From: Octopus sinensis
Lineage: Eukaryota
Assembly (NCBI RefSeq): GCF_006345805.1
Contig: NC_042999.1
Coordinates: 103,974,001 to 104,038,000, forward strand
DNA length: 64,000 bases
Reading direction: 5' to 3'
The translations under genes and the position numbers were made by a program. This document shows, one piece after another, positions 24,632-39,944 of this stretch. Numbering within the stretch: position 1 is the stretch's first letter; the number at the start of each line of letters is the position of its first letter. Below the pieces are notes generated by a model. That model was not told where the DNA came from and did no database searches. It saw only the letters and a list, made by a program, of their open reading frames with translations.

Positions 24632-27600
24632 ATGTACATATGTATTTATTTTTGTGTGTGTGTTTGTCCCCTTACCATCACTTGACAATCAATGTTGGTG
24701 AATTTACGTCCCTGTAACTTAGCGGTTTGGCAAAAGATACCGATAGAATAAGTACTGGGCTTACAGAGAATAAGTCCTGGGGTAGATTTGTTTGACTAAA
24801 GGTGGTGCTCCAGCATGGCCACAGTCAAATGACAGAAACAAGTAAAAATATATATATATATATATCTCACACACACATACACATACACACAAAATGTCTT
24901 GGCATTATATGAAGGTTCTAAATGAGCATCATCATCATCATTCAAAATGAAGTTCATTCCATGGAAACAAGTGAGGTTTGGCAACAGGGAGAACAGAAAT
25001 CTGCCTTAACAAATTTCATCTGACTCAAGCAAGCATGGACATGTAAATGTTAAATCATGAAATGACAGGCTTCTGCACAGTTTTTGTCTACCAAAATTCA
25101 CTTGTGTAGAATAGAGTGAATCTGAGACTTCAACAGAAGACACATACCAAGGTACTTCCACTGTGGGATCAAATCCCAGATGATGTGATTTCCAAGCAAG
25201 CTTCTCAATCATGCAGCCTTGTGCATCAATACAATACTGGTTAGGAATTTTGGCAGCACAAGGCCAGCAGTTTCAGAGGAGGGGGTAAGTCGATTACATC
25301 AATCCTATCAATCCTAGTGCTCAGCTGGTACTTACTTTATCAAACCCGCGAAAGGATGAAAGGCAAAGTCTTGCTGGAATTTGAACTCATTATGTAGTGA
25401 TAGATAAAATGCCGCTCAACAGTTCACCCAGCAATTCTAACAATTCTGCCAGCTTGCTGATTTCATGAAAATAATATTAAATGCAAAGCAATAATCAAAA
25501 TTTTCCCTGCTTTACATAAATACATATCAGAATTAATAGACGAGAAAACTGAATGGAATTTGCGTTTTAACAAGTGTAATTATAGCTGTTTAGTGTCGAT
25601 CAATGATGCAGCTGTCACTAAAAACAGTTGTTAATGATGACTTGTATTATTAATAAGCAATGAAACTTTTAATCAGCACTTTACACACTATTCCTTGTAA
25701 TTCTTCTAAATGGCACAAGTTTAGAGCAACCCATGAGCTTCTCTGCAGTCAGTCAAGAGGCTAGAAATCACACTATACAGACTGTGGAAGCACAGGGTAG
25801 TCATCATCAACATCATTTAATATCTCTGTTCCATGCCAGCATGGATTGAATTGTTTGTTGAAGGACTGCATCAAGCTTCAATATCTGCTTTGGCATGGTT
25901 TTTATGGCTGGATGCCCTTCCTAACACCAATCAGTTTATGACTGGATGCTTTTTTTTTTTTTTGTGCAAAGTGCACTGCATGACTGAGTTCACGTGCAGT
26001 TCACAGGGTAGGTAGGGGGGTCAGCTTTATGCTAAGGAACAATAGGATTACCATCAGAGATGGGTGGGGGGGAAATCAGAGCAGTTTCCTGCAACATGTA
26101 GTTTATAAATGCTAAGCTGCTTTGAAAAGGTGTTTACAATAGAAAATTCATTAAGTTCACTTGATCAGAGCTGCCAGATGACAGTATGTGTCAACAAAAA
26201 AGGTCTTTATGTAGTCATTTAACTTGCTAGATAATGTAGCTGAATCTCCCTTAAATCATAGTGTTTCACAAATACGGAAAGATACTGTATAATGCAGTCC
26301 TCAATAGTACATTGCCTGAATAAAAAGATGTTATATAAGCTGATACATCAATGATGATAAGTCTGCTAGATTAAAGACTGACCTGGTGGCCAAAACACCA
26401 ACAATTTTAGACTAAATAACAGAAATTTAAGTAGAGACAATGACAGAAATAATAGCAAGAATATTCTTTAAAATACATTTATGAACTAATTTCATTAGCA
26501 AAAATTTCAGCTCTTTGGCACCAGGAATATGCATGTGTACACAGAAATCCACTCACAAAACATACAAATATACACACATACATGTACATGCTTGTAAACA
26601 AACACACCTGCAAATATATTTTCAACACACACATACACACACACACACACACACTGAATTTTAAATGCACATGCACACATGCATGCTAAGACATCTGCAA
26701 TATACATACAAACTTCCAAATACATGCAGTTACACATGCTATTTAAACACACATTTGAATGTGCAACTGCAAACACAGTTGCAACTGGTAGCTACAAGCA
26801 CACATACACAAATTTCCCAATACACACACATCTATAAACACACACACTTCTACATGCTTGTAAACATGCACATGCTCACATACACACTTGAAATCTTAAA
26901 TAGTTGTACACACACACAATTGCTTTAACAACACTAGCAGTTAATACTATTGAAGCAGTTTTCAGTTACACCTGTTGCAGTTGAGATGGATTTTACTAAT
27001 ACTAATTTTATGATTAGCTATTTACCTGAGGCAGAGAAGACAATAGACAAGGATGTTGTGTTGATATTATACCAGTCACTGAAAGCTTAAGGTACTGACA
27101 TGGCTTCCAATCATTTATGTATATTATATCTGAATTTCATCAGCTATGAATAATAATAATAATAATGGTTTCTGATTTAGGGACAAGGCCAGCAATTTTG
27201 AAGGAAGGCAGTAGCAAATTATACTGACCCCCCAGTGCTTGGTTGGTACTTATTTCATCAACTTTGAAGGGATGAAAAGCAAAGTTGACCTTGGTGGAAT
27301 TTGAAATCAGAACATAAAAGACAGAAGCATTATAGAAACCCATAAGCATTTTCTCCCATGTTCCAATGATTCTGCCAGTTTGGTACTTTTTAATAATGGT
27401 CTCAAATTTTGGCACAAGGCCAACAATTTCAAGACCTATGGGTGGGGGGAGTGTAACTTGATACTACTGAGCCCTGTACTTAACTGGTACTTTAACTACT
27501 TAAAGGGTAAAAGGCTTGGTTAAGTTGAACCACAGTGAGATTTGAACTGAGAATGTAGGAACTCTTAATTGTTATGACTCACTCTCTAAACATAAATACA

Positions 27601-28232
27601 AGATTAGCCTATGGTTCTTGTATGATTAACGTAACGTAATAACTTACCCCCAACCCCACCGTCACCTCAAAATTGCTGGACTTGTGCCAAAATTTGAAAC
27701 CAGTATTAAACCAGTCTGCAAGCTAGCAGACTTATTGGCACATGGGAGAAAATGCTGATAGCTGAAATCAAACAATGTTAAACCTAGTTAGTACTTAGAT
27801 AGGTGACCACTTAGAAAACTTAGGTACTGTAAGCAACACTTTATGATGGTAAACTGGCAGAATCATTAACGCATCAAACAAAATGCATAGTGGTATTTCT
27901 TCTCACTCTTTACATTCTGAGTTCAAATCCTACTAAGGCCAACTCTGCCTTTCATCCTTTCAGGATCAATAAAATACGGTACCAATGTAGTACTGCAGTC
28001 AATGTAATCAACTTTATCACTCTCCACAAAATTGTTAGACGTGTACCAAAATTAGCAAGAACTACTACTACTACTACTACAACTACAACCACCACTGCCA
28101 TTACTACCATCATCATCATCTTTACTCCTATTGTTTCATTTGTGATTCCTGTATTGTATTCTGTTGGACAGAGGCCAAACCATGGGCATAAAACTTCCTT
28201 GGAAAGGCCTACACTTGACAGAAAGTACTCAC

Positions 28233-28329
28233 TATAATATGTGAGCTGTTCCAAGTAAAGCTTATTCTCAGCTGCTCAGATATTAATGTTGCTTGAGATA
28301 TGGTTGGCAAGCTTTCCTTATCTCTCCTT
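28233..28329 (-). CDS. possible 97-nt exon, open in one frame only (RRDKESLPTISQATLISEQLRISFTWNSSHII)
   Basis: ctatctctcccacag acceptor, TA|gtgagt donor; does not fit the core chain frame. Confidence 0.25.
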
Positions 28330-30587
28330 CTGTGGGAGAGATAGTGCTGCAGCTCTAATGACCACTGGAATTATTTTATATACTATTTTGATTTCCAACT
28401 CCAAGCCATTATTGCTATTTCATTGCACAGTATGCATATACAACACTCTTTTTGTTGCTTTTCTTTCTTTTTCCTGTTAATTGCCACTCCTTAAAAAAAA
28501 AAGGAAAAAAGCCTTAGACAGAAAATACCTTTTTAAGAATAAGAGTTGTTCCAAGGAAGGCAGATTTGGGAAACTCCCACATATCTGTTTTGATATTTGA
28601 CTGTTCCACATGATATGACAGTTTTGTTTTTTGTGAAGGATCGAACCTAAATGCTCCAATGATAAATAATACAACTTTCACTTCTGTTGCTGGGTATCTC
28701 CATATCCTTGATATTAATTAGGAATGTGGGAATGCTCAGCAGCAAATATTATTATCATTTACTACTCAGAATCATCAGCGTGCCAGACAAAATGCTTAGC
28801 ACCATTTCAGCCATCCTTATGTTGTGTTTAAATTTTGCTAAGGTCAACTTTGCTTTGTATCCTTTTGGGGTTGATGAAATAAGTACCAGTTGATCACTGG
28901 AGTCAACATAATCAACTAGCCCCCTCCCCCAAAACATTAGATTGTGTGCCTGTAGTGGGAAGGATTATTATTATTACTATTCTACTATAAAGCAGTAAGC
29001 TACCAAAATCTTTAACATGCTGGACTAAAGCACTTAGTAGTACTTGTGGCTTCATGTTCTGAGTTCAAAAACCACTGAGGTCAACTTAACCTTTCATCCT
29101 TTCAGAATTGATAAATTAAGTACCAATTGAGCACAGGGATTGATGTAATTTATTACCAACCTCTCCTGGAATTGCTGGCTTTGGGCTAAAATTTGAAACT
29201 ATTATTACTATTCTACCATGAAATCTGTTGGACACTATACCGCTTGATATATGTAAATGTCTTCACAAAAACACACATATAAAAATTTCCTTCTCAAAGA
29301 TTTTTTAGTGCAATTCTGTACACTTAACTTCACTTGCCTAGTAATAGTTGGACATAGCTGTACTTAAGTGAAGAGATGATTAGTGTAAAATAACTATCTA
29401 TGCAGCAGTTGTTACTTACATTTGAATATGTCATCCGTACTATTATTAGATTGCATGCCTCAGCCAAAATACTTATTTTTTCCCAACTAACATTATTTTC
29501 AAATACTTGTCCAAAAATACTATTACTGGCTGATTAATCAGCCTAATTACTGATTGCTCCTTAATTGACAAGTAGCTGGTACAGTGACTTTAGAAATGCA
29601 GAAAAACTGCTCATTTAAATAGGAACCAGTGTCTGCCAGAAGACCTTTGCTTACACTACAAAAGGTCATGCGATCTAACCAACTTAGAAACTTGTGCACT
29701 GAAAGATTAATCAGCTATGTTGTTATTGCTGCTGTTTAGCCCAAGGTTAGCTTTAATCAACAGGCCTATGATCAAAAGTATTCTATTTATGACCATCCTG
29801 TCATATAGTCACACAGTGGCATCATTAACCAATGTATCCTTTCCCTTGTAAAAGAATAGTCAGAGGGAATTCAAGAATGATTTTTTGGTAGCTATTTTGG
29901 CAATAACAGGGAGCTGAAAGTATTTCAAACATGGCACCTTAAAAATATTTGAATATACTAATTAAAATGTAAGTCGGTTAATAGTAAATGAATGAGTTGG
30001 TTTCACAGATGACTATTCAGTCGTTCAACCAACTGAATAGACTGTCCATCCGAGAATGCTACTTTCATTAGACTGATGTCTTGTCCAGGGAAAATTCATT
30101 GGACAACTTGCTCCATAAGATAAAAATCAACACCTCAGCAACAGCATACCATTCAGGATATAGAAGTGACATTTATTTATTTATTTAGAACCAGTTGAAC
30201 TCGAAAAATTCTCAGCTACTCTAAAGATACAGATGACGGGACAATAAAAAAACAAGGAGGGGACATGAAAATTAAAATACTAATTAAAATTCTTTTGTTA
30301 GATAATTAGTGAAAGCAATTACTGACCACAGTGAAGAGATGGGTACACAATTTTCAAAGTGAAAAATTTTTCTATGGCCTAAGTTAAAAGTTAGTCACTA
30401 TTATAAGGAAGCTAAATTTATTTACTTAATAAATACAACACCATTTAATAATAGTTAAAATTAAATGACTCAACCAAAGAACATGTATTCTTAAGAGGTG
30501 TAAAAATAAGTCCATCATGACTAAACGTAAAAGACTAACTATAGAGACTTCACAAAACATTTCGACTTGTCTGTGTACTTAACTCAC

Positions 30588-30614
30588 CGGCATGGCTTCA
30601 TACAATGTTTTTTT
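30588..30614 (-). CDS. candidate 27-nt micro-exon (KKTLYEAMP)
   Basis: tctttctcctctgactaatccctacag (branch-point-like ctgac/ctaat)|AAAAAAACATTGTATGAAGCCATGCCG|gtgagt. Confidence 0.45.
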
Positions 30615-32095
30615 CTGTAGGGATTAGTCAGAGGAGAAAGAACATGGCCAATGACCCTTTGCAGGACTTCCAAGATTGGTGAGAGGAAATTATCCTCAGA
30701 CAAGAGACCTTATGTGAATACTTGTAACAGAATACTTAGACTCTGCTAAAGGCATCTATCTATTCACCAGACAGTAGTTCACATTAATCTGAGGATCTTC
30801 TAGAAAGGATGACAGGCGAGAAGAAATGTGAAAAAAAATGAACCTACAAAGGTGACTGATCACTGGGAAATATATTCATAGGCTAAGTGACTGAGAAGTT
30901 TGCTTCATAACTACAAGGTTCTGGGATAAATCCCACAACACAGTGGGCAAGTGTTTTTTACCATTGCTTTGAATCAATCAAAGCCTTGTAAATAAAACTT
31001 ACAAGACAGGAAAAACTGAACTGTATCAAAACTAATTGAGTATACAAACATGCACACACACACACACTCACATATAGATACACACACATACACACAGATA
31101 CAAGCACACATATATATACACACACATACACATATACACACATGTACATATATATATGCATATATATACACACGCATGTGTGACAAAACTGGCCCTTTGA
31201 AATGTAGGAAGAAAGAGTGAGAGAAAGTGGTGGTGAAAGAGTACAGCAGGGTTCGCCACCAACCCCTGCTCGAGTCTTGTGGAGCTTTAGGTGTTTTTGC
31301 TCAATAAACACTCACAACGCCCAGGCTGGGAATCAAAACCACAATCCTACAACCATGAGTCCACTGCCCTAACCACTGGGCCATTGCACCTCCAAACACG
31401 CACACATATATATATACTCATATACTACACAGACACATATATATACACACACATATACGCACACACATACAGACATATATACACATGTATAAACACATAC
31501 ACACGCCCATAAAATGCAGATGTGTACTCGCACACAGATATGCATCGACACAAGCACCTTAACCACATAGCCATGCTTACAATAAAAGTGAATGTAAAAG
31601 TTTTAAAAAAACAGAAGCATTACCCAGTTGCTCTTGATTTTTGCCTTCAATAGGCTGCTGCGTTCTTAAACAACTTAACTGGGTCATAATACACAGTTAT
31701 CTTATTATTCTGTCTTCAATACATATGTTGTTTGAATTTTCCTTTTCTTTATTTCTTTAAAATATTCAGTTAACTATGTGAATTAGACAGAGCGGGAAAT
31801 TGCACTAACCAGTTTGGTAACTCATTTTCAATTCAAATTGCAACTAGGCTCATTTTAAACTTCTGTCATCCCAAAAACCAAAGAAAGAGATATAACCTTT
31901 TTAGCATTCAGATTACTGTCAAATGCAATACTTATTTGTTCACATTGTTTTGAATTACTGAATTAATCATGCATTACGTTGTATCTTTGAGACTTTGATG
32001 ATGTGATTGTTTATTTTTAAAATGAAATTGTAAGGTAGGTGTGAAAGGCTGGAGTTAGCCAGTTATAATACTTGCTGTACTCAATTTATTTAAAT

Positions 32096-32241
32096 CAGTC
32101 ATGGGCGAACTACAGCCCACAGAGCTTTCTGGGTGGTACATCTAATTTCATGAGGAAAATAAGGTTTTCAGCTGTGCAGCCCACCTGATGACGGATTGTG
32201 TCTTACATGACCTGCTTCTCAAGAAAGGTTGCCTATGCCCG
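32096..32241. mobile_element. hAT-like MITE
   Basis: imperfect TIRs CAGTCATGGGCGAACT / AGGTTGCCTATGCCCG; 8-bp flanks ATTTAAAT and ATTTCAAC (6/8 match). Confidence 0.6.
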
Positions 32242-32313
32242 ATTTCAACCATATCCCTCCAAAAACTGACCTTGTACCATGTTAAAAAATTTGTTTTAAA
32301 AATCACTAAACAT

Positions 32314-32790
32314 AGGCGTAGGAGTGGCTGTGTGGTAAGTAGCTTGTTTACCAACCACATGATTCCGGGTTCAGTCCCACTGCGTGGCACCTTGGGCAAG
32401 TGTCTTCAACTATAGCCTCAGGTCGACCAAAGCCTTGTGAGTGGATTTGGTAGATGGAAACTGAAAGAAGCCCGTCGTATATATATATATGTGAGTGTAT
32501 ATGTTTGTGTGCCAGAGTTTGTACTCCCAACATCGCTTGACAACTGATGCTGGTGTGTTTACGTCCCCGTAACTTAGCGGTTGGGCAAAAGAGACCGATA
32601 GAATAAGTACTAGGCTTACAAAAATCTTGGGGTCAATTTGCACCCCATAACTTAGCAGTTCAGTAAAAATGACCAATAGAATAAATACTAGGCTTTAGAA
32701 AAAAAAATAAGTACTAGGGTCAATTCTTTTCGACTAAAATTCTTCAAGGCATGGCTGCAGTCTAATGAGTGAAATAAGTAAAAGATAAAT
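32314..32790 (+). mobile_element. SINE family A with a small internal duplication
   Basis: homology to 301-680; segment ccccgtaacttagc.gtt...gaataa.tactaggctt occurs twice. Confidence 0.85.
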
Positions 32791-32894
32791 AAGTATTACA
32801 TTTAACAGAGTAATCTGAATGCTAAGGGGTTAAAGTAATGTAATATTCTTTCTGAAGTAACCATATAAAAGAAAAATACTTTCTATTAACCTAC

Positions 32895-32928
32895 ATATTG
32901 ATAGCTGAGACATATTCAACACTGTCTA
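32895..32928 (-). CDS. possible 34-nt exon (DSVEYVSAIN) with a NAGNAG acceptor
   Basis: ttttaattgtttgcttcag|TAG..., donor AT|gtaggt; frame not fixed. Confidence 0.22.
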
Positions 32929-33330
32929 CTGAAGCAAACAATTAAAAGGTGTCAATAAATAGTTTAGCTTATGTAAAGTTAGACAACACAAAAATATATA
33001 TATATTTGGTATTCAATCATTGTTTCTAAACAAACATCTGAAACAATAAAATGGAACTGAAGATATATAGATCTTTGTCCCAACAACAAGAGAATCGTCT
33101 GCTTTTATACACGTCAGTAAGATGTGTGTCTATACTTTCTCAGTTGAAAGCAAGTGTACTTTGTTTCTTGGATTCTTAAGTTATTATTTAGCCTGAAGTC
33201 AACTCTGACCTAAGATATTCCAGCTAAGACTATTCCCGAAATGTTGGAATGGTCATGCTTTTGAGAGAATTTGATAGGTGGAAACTATGTGAAAGCCCAT
33301 TATGTATTTGCATATATATGTATGTATATG

Positions 33331-33376
<46 letters not shown>

Positions 33377-33379
33377 CAT

Positions 33380-33441
<62 letters not shown>

Positions 33442-34599
33442 GGGGGAAGGGTTTATGAAAAAAACACAAGACGAAGACAGGTGGTGTACAAAACAAGCAG
33501 ATGTATTAGTATAACGCTCAGGAATAGAAAAAGTATTTTACATTTCGAGCCTATGCTCTTCTACAGAAAGGGACACAGGAAAAACAAGGAGAGAAAAAAA
33601 TTATATATATATAAGAAACACACTCTAAAACATTAGAATGGTAGTATACTTAGAAGGTTGTTTGTTGTGGCTGGTCAGAGAGTGACCATTCATTTTGCAT
33701 CCATAAAGTGCTTAGCTGGATAGGCAACTCATCATACACAAATACCCATTTGAGTCTTACGAGTTGCCTATACAGCTAAGTGCTTCATAAGTGTGAAAGC
33801 AATGGTGACTCTCTGATCAGCCACAACAAACAACCTTCTAAATGTGTGTGTGTGTGTGTAAATATGCACCTTTGTTTCTCCACCACTGCTTGAAATAAAT
33901 GTTGGTTTGTTTATGTCTCCATATAGCAGAATAACTACCATATTTAAAAAACATGGTACTACAGTCAATTTGTTCAATTAAACCCTTCAAGGTGGTGCCC
34001 CAGCATGGCCAGCAGTGCAATGACAGGAACAAGTAAAAAGAATAAAAGACAGCATACCCATCAATGTCAATGGATATACTCTCCACGGGAGAGCCCCCCC
34101 CCCCCACCAAAAACCACTGACCCATGATTAAATAAAAAAAACACAAAACAAGGATGATTGGTAAAGCTATAATTTACCAACTATTCTGTCATTAATGTTT
34201 AGTATTTCAAGATCAAATAATTTTCATGGCTGACTTAACCCTTTCCAATCAGCTATGAGATGGGGAGAGAAAGGAAGGCTTCATTGGCAGGATCAGTAGC
34301 AGTGGCATGTTCAGAAGACAAAAAAAAAAAGAGCAGAAGCTAAAAGCAATATTTTTTTTTATGGGAAATTTGTGGATGGCCAACTCTCATCAGACAGATG
34401 GCTATCAAGCACCAATCAAACATCTAGTCCATATAAATTAAAGACTGCTAAAAGTATTTACAAGTCCATACTATATGATTACCAAACATCAAGTATGTGA
34501 AAACAAAATTTTTTTTATTTATACATATCTTTATTTATTTTTACTGCTTTCTGTTAATAAACTGCAACCATAGGTGTAGTTTTAAAAATCACTAAACAT

Positions 34600-35006
34600 A
34601 GGCGTAGGAGTGGCTGTGTGGTAAGTAGCTTGCTTACCAACCACATGGTTCCGGGTTCAGTCTCACTGCGTGACACCTTGAGCAAGTGTCTTCTACTATA
34701 GCCTTGGGCCAACCAAAGCCTTGTGAATGGATTTGGTAGAAGAAAACTGAAAGAAGCCTGTTGTATATATGTATATGTATATATATATGTATATATATAT
34801 ATATATATGTGTGTGTGTTTGTCCCCCCAACATCGGTTGACAACCGATGCTGGTGTGTTTACGTCCCCGTAACTTAGCGGTTCAGCAAAAGAGACCGATA
34901 GAATAAGTACTAGGCTAACAAAGAATAAGTCCTGGGGTTGATTTGCTCGACTAAAGGCGGTGCTCCAGCATGACCACAGTCAAATGACCGAAACAAGTAA
35001 AAGAGT
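34600..35006 (+). mobile_element. SINE family A, full length
   Basis: homology to 301-680. Confidence 0.88.
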
Positions 35007-36339
35007 ATGCTGTGATATGGCATGCAAGGTTTATAAATTGATCACAACCCAAGTACTCATTTCAGTCTGGTACTTATTTTATTATGGAAGATGCACTTAA
35101 CCCCTTCCAAATGGATTGAGTACTGACAGTCTGTGTGGTGTACCGGTATTAGGTCATTCAGTAACAACATAATTTTTCATACAAGGAATTTTACAGCATT
35201 TTTACAGATTCTTCTCAATGTGGTGTATTTGAAAACACAGTGCCACACAGAGTGAGACATCACACTGCTCACACACACAATGTTTCAATGTGGTCAGAAC
35301 CTCTTCCTGTCTGCAAGAGGTTAAGCCATTCAAAACACACAAAATTTTGATGCCAAATAACAAATAATAAATATTAAAGTGAAGTTAACAGCCTTTACAT
35401 GTTTGATCTCTTCAGTTTGGCTCACAGATTTTTTTTTTTTTTTAACTAAACAGTTTGAAACTTTGTATACTGGTGTAATTTCTCACACTGAACATGGTTT
35501 GTTTTCAACATTTTTGACAAAATTTCATATTTTAGAAGTTATTTCAAGCTAAAGTTGTCTTATTTGGGTAATTTTAACCAATCAAGAGGTGTAGCTACAA
35601 GATTTTGATGATGTGATTGTTTATTCTTTTAAAAGACGTTGTAGAGTACATGAGAGAGGCAGGATCTGGCCAATTTGAACATCGTAGTATGCTTCTTTCC
35701 TCTTGTTATCCATGCAACTGCCACACAAACTGGTTGCTGTTATAGTCTCTTCAACTATACAGCAGTTATTTTGTTTCACTACTCACTGAGGATTTCTTTG
35801 CTCTCAGCCCTGGTCTTCTCTCACATGCATCTGTCTTATCCACCCTGACTGAACATTGCCTGCTTCCTTTTCCTCTTAATGAATCACTGTTCTACCACTT
35901 TTCTCAAGTCTAGCACCAGCAAGATAGGAAGGAGAACATCATAAATCAAGCTACAGACCACTGATATCCTACACCTAGCAGAAGCACTATACACTGCCAT
36001 CCTCACACCTCATTTTTCAAAATCTTCCTTTCATGTACCCACTCCATAATGCCTTCCTAAAACAACTTCAACCCAAGTCAAACCCAGCAATGAAGACAAA
36101 TTAATCATTTCTTTTCTTTTGACTGAGACTATTTTCATTTTTGCTCATGCTTTGTTTTTCTCTCTCTCTCTCTCTAACACAGACACCTCTGTCTCCTCTC
36201 TCATATACACACACAATTGCTTAAAAATTCACTGCATCCTTTCACTGTACATACACACAAATATACATATATATACACATATGCATATATACACATACAA
36301 ATACATATATGCATATACACATACATATATACACATACA

Positions 36340-36590
36340 TACAAATACATACATGCATATATACACATACATACATAGACACACATGCATATATACACAT
36401 ACATAGACACACATGCATATATATACATACATAGACACACATGCATATATATACATACATAGACACACATGCATATATATACATACATAGACACACATGC
36501 ATATATATACATACATAGACACATGCATATATATACATACATAGACATGCATATATACACATACATAGATATACACGTGCATATATACAC
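36340..36590. repeat. about 28-bp minisatellite (GCATATATACACATACATAGACACACAT)n derived from a microsatellite
   Basis: about 8 near-identical units; gives the repetitive VYICMY/CMYIYA ORFs. Confidence 0.85.
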
Positions 36591-37105
36591 ATAAGCAAAC
36601 ACATACATATACACAAATACACTCCCCTTTTTGTGTACACCTTTCCTCTCTCTTCAAGCACTTATGCACATTTACTTTCTCTCTTCTCATTAACTCTCCT
36701 CACAAGTATAAGGTGACCTGTCCCATAAAGCAACAAGTATTTACACACATTACATACATATAAACTTGAAAGACTCATGCAGCAAACAACACATGCACAC
36801 AAACACACGTTTCCTTCTACTTCTCTCTTTCACTGAACACTATTTCGCTTGACATTCCGACCAATTTTCTTGACTCAATATAACAAGAGTGGACAAACTG
36901 TCCACACTATCTACTTAATCAACAATTAATAACAGTCATTAAAATTCCTTTAATTCCCTCATCAGATTATGATTCCACTAATAGTGTACATTTGTGTGTG
37001 AGGGGGGGTGCAATACACACACACACACATTCTCCTTGATTAACACTTCATTGATTTTCAATGCAAACTTATTTCCTTTTCCTTATTTATATATGTATAA
37101 ACATA

Positions 37106-37154
<49 letters not shown>

Positions 37155-39944
37155 CTAATTACACATTCTCCCTGTGTGTGAGAGAGAGAGAGCGTGTTGA
37201 CTTAAACAAAAAAAACAAGTAATGTTATTTTATTCTTCAAGTTAATTTCAGTTATTCAAGATTTGTGCTTGGCAGTGGCAACAAGAAACTCAAGTAACTT
37301 GCTGAAGTTTATCACATACACACACATTCTTTTATACCTTTCAGCCCAAAAGCTGTGGCCATGCTGGAGCAATGCCAGTGAAAATGTGTGTTGCTTACAG
37401 CACCTAGGTTTCCCAAATGGTCACCCATCTAAGCACTCACTAGGCTCCACATTGTATAATTTCAGCAATCAGATGAGAACTGGTGCATTCAATATGATAC
37501 ACATACACACACACACACACACAATTACAGCATTGAAGGCATATAGCCACTCAAAAACTGTAAACATCGCTTAAACATTTATTATTTGGTATCAAAATTT
37601 TCATCACACTAACTGCAGCCTGGTCACTGACACAGTTCAACTGCAACACAGTTTTTGATAAAACCACTAGCCAGACAAATATATCTCTGACATAGAGATA
37701 AAGTATCCAGGTAGGTACCATACAAGCAATCAGTTATTATCTGGATTATCGCTAACTGCATCAAGTTGTATATATGAGTCTGAATTTCCAATCACAGGTT
37801 TTCTGTTGTTTGATCCACTAAATTATCAACCTCAATGTATGAGTATGTAAGAGGCTGAGTATTCCATACACACATTTAGCCTTAATGTTATTCTCAGTGG
37901 AATCAGCTTGGCATAGGGTGGCAAGGCAGAATGTTTGAATTACAGGTACAATCCGTCCAGTGGATTTCTTCAGTTTCCATCAATTCAATTACCCTCACAA
38001 GTTTGTAGAAAATGACATGCCCAAGATGTCAAGCAGCCGGTTCAAAATCAAGACTTCAGGATAGTGAAGCAACCTCATAACCATTTAGTCATACTATACC
38101 TGTGGAAGTGTGTGAGTTAGTGCTTAGGGTGTTGGATTCATGACCATAAGATTGTGGTTTCAATTCCTGGACCAGGTGATGTACTATGTTCTTGAACAAA
38201 AAACTTCATTTCATGTTGCTCAAATTCACTCTGCTAGCAACTATGAGTATTCCTGCAATGAACCAGCATCCCATCCAAGGGGGAAATACATATGCCAGAG
38301 AATATGGGAAACCAACCCTATGAGCCTATAGAACTCAATAAGGAGCTATACCCTTTTCTATACTACACCTACAGGTACAAATATGTCATAGATCAAATTT
38401 TTAATCGAGTACTTTCAATGAAAATATATCAGACCTTAGAGGAGTTGAGATATGTAGTGTACAACTTGTGTATCCATTATTCATATGTATATCGCTTGTG
38501 AATGCATATGGAATTTTTTCAATAGCTTTCTCACCAAACTGAGCACTTAAGGGATTTAAAACAATTTTAGTGAGAGAAAGAGGTGGTGATTTAGAAGAAT
38601 GGTTAAAGTAGCAGACAGAATGCCTTTGCAGTGTTTGCTCTGTCTCTGAAGCTCTGAATTCAGATCCTGCCAGAGTCAACTTTTGTGGCTACTTTGTATT
38701 ATATATCTGAGAATTTTCCTTTCCATCTCTTTCCTTCTGACAGTTGTTGTAGCTCTAAAGTTATATTTCATATTGAGCACTTCAGTGAAAAAAATAATAT
38801 ATCATTTTTTTAATACAAATTGAGACGTGTGTTATGAAATGCATGTGTAGGTGTATGTAATTTAGTATTTTGTCTCTGCCCCCACTTCTACCTTTTATGG
38901 AAAATACTAGAAGCAACAAAAATTTCCTTTTATAAACAATAAAAAACAAAACAAAAACCAATGCTACCATATTTCTGTCGACATGGCACCAGCACTGAAA
39001 CTGGAGTTTTAATACAGCTTAGCAGAGGAAATATGCCAGACAAATACACATGCAAGAATGTGTGACTGTGTGCATCGACAGAATTTTAAGTTTGTGTCTA
39101 CCTCTTTGTATGAGCAACATATGAGAGAGAGAGAGAGAGAGAGAGAGATATCAACAGTGAACACATACATCAAATTCCCACACAGAAATACACAAAGATA
39201 TATGATGCACATATACACATATATATACAGGCTGCACATACAGATGTATTTTATGTGTGCGTATGTATACATGCATGTGTGTTTAAATTGTAAATATTGA
39301 TTATTGACTAACTGCATATAAATGGTCCATATCCAATGATAGAGTCTTTAACTGTAACAATGTTTTGATTGATTTTTATTGTTTTTTTTTAAATTTTTAA
39401 AGATGAGCAAGGATAAAGAATGATGAGAGAATTCTTCTAGGGTTATAAGATATCCCGCCAAAGAGACTACAAAAGTTGGCCTTCCTTCTTTACCTCTGCC
39501 CACCACCACCACCACCACATAGAATATGAATAGCTGCTAAATCTTCCTCAAATCCCACCCTAAAGGTCTTAGGTTCAGAAAAAAGTATAATGAGGTTACA
39601 CATGTCCCCTAAAAAGAGATAGAATAGATATAGCTGGAATATTTTTGATCACAGACTTGCTTGATCAAGGGTGACCTGTGATTAAAGAACTGAATATAGA
39701 TGCAAAGCATGTTTACATGACCCTGTACATGTTCAGTCGACTTGCTAGAAATAACAACAAAATCTTCGTCAAACTATGAACTACCATCTTAAAAAGGACA
39801 CACTGGATAATATAGTCCAGGTCACAACTATATCTGAAAATATAAGGAGGATGGCTTGAGTACCCTTGATTATAGATATGCTTGCTCAGGACTAGCCAGG
39901 GGCTAAACAACATATTCACACACAAGCCAAAGAAGAAACTGTTA

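Noticed and set aside
36201-36690. Repetitive VYICMY/CMYIYA ORFs suggesting a repeat protein or CRISPR-like array
   Set aside because: A microsatellite-derived minisatellite without unique spacers; no cas genes; eukaryotic context.
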